Shown: positions 23,952 through 27,349 of the stretch, piece after piece
How positions within the stretch are numbered: the first letter of the stretch is position 1
Layout: every line of letters starts with the position of its first letter
IMG/VR virus record: IMGVR_UViG_3300010398_000035
Coordinates: 1 to 27,349 of that record
Strand: one strand, 5' to 3'
Length of the DNA stretch: 27,349 nucleotides
Source of the DNA: a virus
Lineage: Duplodnaviria > Caudoviricetes
The notes under the pieces: generated by a model
Told to the model about the DNA's origin: nothing
Seen by the model: the letters and a program-made list of their open reading frames with translations, nothing else
Database searches by the model: none
Translations under genes and position numbers: made by a program

Positions 23952-24213
23952 ATTGATTATTCAGCCAAGTTTCTAATTCAGTGTGAAACTTATTCAGGTA
24001 GTCAGGTTGTTTCTCTTCAAGAGGATCATCATCGTCAACGTCAGCCAATGCTTCAAGTAAATGCATAACAGCCAACATGCCTGCATAGAATGCACGCTGT
24101 ATTTCCTCTTCAGTAGCTTCTGATGGTAGAATATCCTCCCTGTAATTGTTCCAAATCCAGTCAGCAGTAATTTCGTATGGAGTGTTGGGAGTGGGGTGTG
24201 GTTGTGGGGCCAT
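23938..24213 (-). CDS. Hypothetical phage protein (RAFYAG motif)
   Basis: 91 aa; 'W..Y...ILP..A....IQRAFYAG'; TAATG-coupled to SNF2. Confidence 0.7.
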   Translation of the reverse strand: MAPQPHPTPNTPYEITADWIWNNYREDILPSEATEEEIQRAFYAGMLAVMHLLEALADVDDDDPLEEKQPDYLNKFHTELETWLNNQYAVQ

Positions 24214-25541
24214 TACTTCAGTGCCTCCAATACGATGTTACGAATGCTGGTTTCCCGTCTGTGAATGGTTGCGTGTATTACTTCATCAACACTGGATTTG
24301 ACATGCATGTAATAAGCAAACACTGAGTCATGTTCGGAGGTAGCACGGCGTACCCTGGACAGAGCCTGATACATTCTGCCTGGGGTGTAATCCTCTTCAA
24401 AGAAAATAGCGTACCGTGCGAATGAGAGGTCTACACCTTCAGACATGGAGGCGAGTGTAGCTACAATAGGTTGGGTGCTAGAAGTTGCAAGTTGTACTCT
24501 GAGATGTGGAGCGATGTCACCTGTAATCATGGTAGCTGGTAGAAAGTTGCTCAATACCTCAGCAGTTTCCTTGTACCAACAAAACACAACGATTTGGTTC
24601 TGGTGATCGGTTGGTGACTGTGACCGTTGGATATCATCGATCAGCGTGTTGAGTGCATCCAGCTTTTCTGGTGTGATAGTTAGTTGTCTCAGCAGGTGAA
24701 GTACAGGTGCAGCGGATTCAAATGTGATAGGTATTTTGTTTGTTTGTTGTGCAAGCTGCTGAGGGAATTCAGGTAAGGTGGATGTAGTGGAGGATGTGGT
24801 AGTTTCGAGTGAGTAGTTACGCCGCAGTTGATCGTAAATGCGACGTTGCTCCGGAGTGAATTCCACTGTGAGAGTAGTCTCAGTAAGTGGAGGCAACTGC
24901 ATTGCCACATCATCGTAAGTACGTCCAATACCGTACTCATTGAGTATGTCTACTAGGAGTGCACGGTTCTTGGTACCAATTATTTTGATACCGAATGGAG
25001 TCTGTGCCTGAACACAGAATTCAGACACAAACCTCCAATAGGAACTAAAGCGACGTGGATCGATCATGTGGAGTTGAGGCCACAAATCGTCAGCGTCTTT
25101 GTAAATCGGTGTTGCGCTTAGTAAGTAAACGTTAGGTGTACGGGCAGCAAATGTGAATACTGACTGAGTACGTGCTGCCTTGCGTCCTCTAAATTGATGG
25201 CTCTCATCAACTATGAGAGTGTTAGCTGGTGGTAGTTCATAGGTACGAAACATGTCATGGTTGATAATTTTGTATGGTGCGCTGCTATTGAGAGCATCCA
25301 ATCTGCGTTGTCTCGTACCCTGTGCAACTACTACGTCTCTGGATATGTGATTGAATATGGTCTGGTACCAGTTGTCCAGCCAGTATGCAGGAGCCGCTAT
25401 TAGAGTAGGAGTTTGTCCTTCAGCAGCTAGAATTGCTTCAACTGTTTTACCCAAACCGGGCTGATCGAATAGGAGGGCTTTCCTCTTCTTCCTCAGAAAC
25501 TCTATCGCTTGTTGTTGGTAAGGTCGGGCTTGTAGTGTCAT
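24213..25541 (-). CDS. SNF2-family (SF2) helicase
   Basis: Q-motif RPYQ, Walker A DQPGLGKT, DESH, SATP, motif V SEGVDL, motif VI QALSRVRR; start set to ATG 25541. Confidence 0.92.
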   Translation of the reverse strand: MTLQARPYQQQAIEFLRKKRKALLFDQPGLGKTVEAILAAEGQTPTLIAAPAYWLDNWYQTIFNHISRDVVVAQGTRQRRLDALNSSAPYKIINHDMFRTYELPPANTLIVDESHQFRGRKAARTQSVFTFAARTPNVYLLSATPIYKDADDLWPQLHMIDPRRFSSYWRFVSEFCVQAQTPFGIKIIGTKNRALLVDILNEYGIGRTYDDVAMQLPPLTETTLTVEFTPEQRRIYDQLRRNYSLETTTSSTTSTLPEFPQQLAQQTNKIPITFESAAPVLHLLRQLTITPEKLDALNTLIDDIQRSQSPTDHQNQIVVFCWYKETAEVLSNFLPATMITGDIAPHLRVQLATSSTQPIVATLASMSEGVDLSFARYAIFFEEDYTPGRMYQALSRVRRATSEHDSVFAYYMHVKSSVDEVIHATIHRRETSIRNIVLEALK

Positions 25542-25809
25542 GTATCTCTTGATTGGAATCAGTATAGTTGAATGGTGTAGTTGGCTGTGAAAGTAAATCG
25601 TTCTGAAGCACAATAGCAATTAGATGTGCTCGATTGGACACACCAAATTTCTTGAACAGCGCACGGATGTGAAACCGTACACCATCATGTGTTAGTTTCA
25701 TTTCGTGAGCAATCTGAGTATCATTGTAACCATCGGCAATGAGAGCCAGTACATCACGTTGCCGTGTTGATAGCGTAGGTAGTTCGGGGATGTGTGGTGG
25801 TGTTGTCAT
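25447..25809 (-). CDS. Solo LuxR/GerE-type HTH regulator
   Basis: 'LSTRQRDVLALIADGY...IAHEM.LT...VRFHIRALFKKFGVSNR'; no receiver or ligand domain. Confidence 0.9.
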   Translation of the reverse strand: MTTPPHIPELPTLSTRQRDVLALIADGYNDTQIAHEMKLTHDGVRFHIRALFKKFGVSNRAHLIAIVLQNDLLSQPTTPFNYTDSNQEIHDTTSPTLPTTSDRVSEEEEESPPIRSARFG

Positions 25810-25817
25810 GCCTTGGT

Positions 25818-26312
25818 TTATACGGGTGTGGGTGTCGCTACTTCTAATTCCATTGCTTGGACAAATTCACGGAAGGTTTCAAACTGAGCATCGTGGAGCC
25901 ATGCATCGTACAACATGGTGGTTAGTTCTACTGTGAGATCTAGTTCAGAAGCAATTAGCTCCCAATAGTCCTGTTGGGGATCTCGTTCTTTGAGTGTAGG
26001 TGATCCACAATTAGGACAGAATGCTTTCTTGGGATTCCAGCCTTTTGATGGATCATGCATTGACTCTAAGCGAAAGTCAGCTAAACAGGTGCGACAATGT
26101 ATTGTGTGTTTATTCATTATCATAGAACGGAGTGTTGCGGCTCCTTGAGCAAGAGCAGGTGCATGTGTAGTCATTACACGAAATGCACAGTCATTACACA
26201 ATAGCAGTGGAGATGGCGGGTGAACGTATTTGGTAGAATCTGTGTAAGGTGGACTTGTGTAATGCCAGTTAGTCGGTTGAGTTGGAGTGGTGCATAAATC
26301 TGATTGACACAT
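25818..26312 (-). CDS. Multi-Cys zinc-binding protein
   Basis: CQSDLC, CNDC, CRTC and CPNC motifs in 164 aa. Confidence 0.7.
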   Translation of the reverse strand: MCQSDLCTTPTQPTNWHYTSPPYTDSTKYVHPPSPLLLCNDCAFRVMTTHAPALAQGAATLRSMIMNKHTIHCRTCLADFRLESMHDPSKGWNPKKAFCPNCGSPTLKERDPQQDYWELIASELDLTVELTTMLYDAWLHDAQFETFREFVQAMELEVATPTPV

Positions 26313-26324
26313 AGTAGATAGTGG

Positions 26325-26516
26325 TTATATTAGCACTACAATTCCTTGGGCTGTACCAAATGCAACGTCTGAGTTATCATCGTCTAGGTGCTGTACATCT
26401 TCTTTAGTATGCCATGCAACCTCATCTATGGTCATGTACATACCGTCAAGGTAGAAGTATACGTTGGAAGCGGATGGAAGAGTTGATAGGTGGTTGATCA
26501 GTTCCTCTGTTGTCAT
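26325..26516 (-). CDS. Small phage protein (MT.EELI..L..LP motif)
   Basis: 63 aa; common phage N-terminal pattern; ATGA-coupled. Confidence 0.72.
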   Translation of the reverse strand: MTTEELINHLSTLPSASNVYFYLDGMYMTIDEVAWHTKEDVQHLDDDNSDVAFGTAQGIVVLI

Positions 26517-26719
26517 GGTGATTGTACTCCGTACCCCTGAGCCAAGTCAAGTAGCAAGTTGGAATAGTGAAACACCATCTGTGATATGTTCGGTACTGCA
26601 CTAGCTGGTACTATCGTTTGTTTGGCGGGAAGGTTGTTAGGTTTGTAATATACGCGCACGTTATTGTCTATCTGTTCAATTTCAGCGTGTGCGTCAGCCG
26701 TCCGAATTGATACGAACAT
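26513..26719 (-). CDS. Hypothetical protein
   Basis: 68 aa; ATGA overlap with next gene. Confidence 0.65.
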   Translation of the reverse strand: MFVSIRTADAHAEIEQIDNNVRVYYKPNNLPAKQTIVPASAVPNISQMVFHYSNLLLDLAQGYGVQSP

Positions 26720-26787
26720 TGGGATGAGGGCCTTGTTATGAATGTGATTCTGATGTGATATGTGCGTAGTTATTTGTAAGTTGATGG

Positions 26788-26823
26788 TCGCCGTGCACAG
26801 CCAGCATGACCCTGTAGCGGATG
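26788..26823. repeat. Intergenic 36-nt element, copy 2
   Basis: TCGCCGTGCACAGCCAGCATGACCCTGTAGCGGATG; same orientation as 15353-15389. Confidence 0.9.
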
Positions 26824-26851
26824 AACAGTGAAGAGGTGTCAGGAAGAAAGT

Positions 26852-27172
26852 CTAATCGTCTTTGTAGTGGCGTGCACAATAATCGGTACAGAAATGTGCA
26901 TCGTTAGGTGGTGGAGCGGATGATTGCTCAAACGTGTCACCACATGTATAACAAGTGCGTGGTCGATTGACGTATTTGTGACGAACGAAAAAGTTTTGCT
27001 CTTGTAGGGGTGTGAGACTGGATGCCTCATCTAATGTGAATAACGTATCAGCATTAGTATCAGGCTCAGAGTCATACTGTCTGACTAACCATTTACCTCT
27101 ACGGTTGCGGGAGTCACCGTATCGGCGGGAGGCTGATGGTGTGTTAGGTGGGCCTTTGAATGATGGTGACAT
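26852..27172 (-). CDS. Protein with C-terminal treble-clef-like zinc finger
   Basis: CYTC...FCTDYC at the C-terminus of 106 aa. Confidence 0.7.
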   Translation of the reverse strand: MSPSFKGPPNTPSASRRYGDSRNRRGKWLVRQYDSEPDTNADTLFTLDEASSLTPLQEQNFFVRHKYVNRPRTCYTCGDTFEQSSAPPPNDAHFCTDYCARHYKDD

Positions 27173-27225
27173 GAAAGTGTTAGGTATAGAAATCCGTGTG
27201 CTCTAAAATAAAGAAGAGATCGATA

Positions 27226-27303
27226 TCAATAGCACTGAGCGTCGAGGATTCGAGCAATGAGGTTGAAGAGTGAAATGGCTGCGACGGTGATTGTGACAAA
27301 CAT
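27226..27303 (-). CDS. Possible 25-aa hydrophobic peptide (MFVTITVAAISLFNLIARILDAQCY)
   Basis: AAAGGA 9 nt upstream of ATG; single hydrophobic stretch; very short. Confidence 0.3.
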   Translation of the reverse strand: MFVTITVAAISLFNLIARILDAQCY

Positions 27304-27349
27304 GGTGATTGTTCCTTTGTTTTGTTGTCAGATGGAGATGGAGTTGTAA

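Larger units (their letters stand above)
1..27349. mobile_element. Fragment of a tailed dsDNA bacteriophage genome (convergent structural and replication arms)
   Basis: Dense, translationally coupled genes; tail fibre/LamG cluster on +; PolA, primase-helicase, Sak4-SSB-exonuclease, RuvC and SNF2 on -; no cellular housekeeping operons. Prophage vs virion origin cannot be decided (no integrase or att in window). Confidence 0.95.

Noticed and set aside
1-27349. Stop-codon reassignment, introns or inteins
   Set aside because: Standard code gives near-complete coding density with TAA, TAG and TGA all used as stops; polymerase, primase and helicase motifs are contiguous with normal spacing.

Overview
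A 27.3-kb internal fragment of a tailed dsDNA phage (Caudoviricetes) with two convergent arms. The + strand (1-10.7 kb) is a tightly coupled virion/tail-accessory cluster: end of a probable tail hub gene, a 967-aa multi-domain tail fibre with three 40-aa repeats, a 794-aa beta-rich protein, several small beta-sandwich proteins, a LamG protein with an 18-20-aa repeat shaft and an Ig-like adaptor. The - strand (10.7-27.3 kb) is a replication/recombination arm: RuvC-like resolvase, C39-like peptidase, MazG-like pyrophosphatase, UDG-fused family A DNA polymerase, RepB'-type primase-helicase, DUF669 SSB, Sak4-like AAA_24 ATPase, Cas4/RecB-like nuclease, ChaB, SNF2 helicase, solo LuxR regulator and many small Cys-rich proteins. 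I see no integrase, tRNA, CRISPR array or reverse transcriptase. Best leads: (1) a canonical C_CCA_AAA slippery site that would fuse a coiled-coil ORF to the C39-like peptidase by -1 frameshifting; (2) a 37-nt intergenic element present twice 11.4 kb apart, each opening a short MLAVxGD ORF; (3) structured RNA-like elements on both sides of the SSB gene, one with complementary (kissing) loops; (4) interdigitated opposite-strand genes where the arms meet. All family assignments come from motif recognition by eye; no searches were run.
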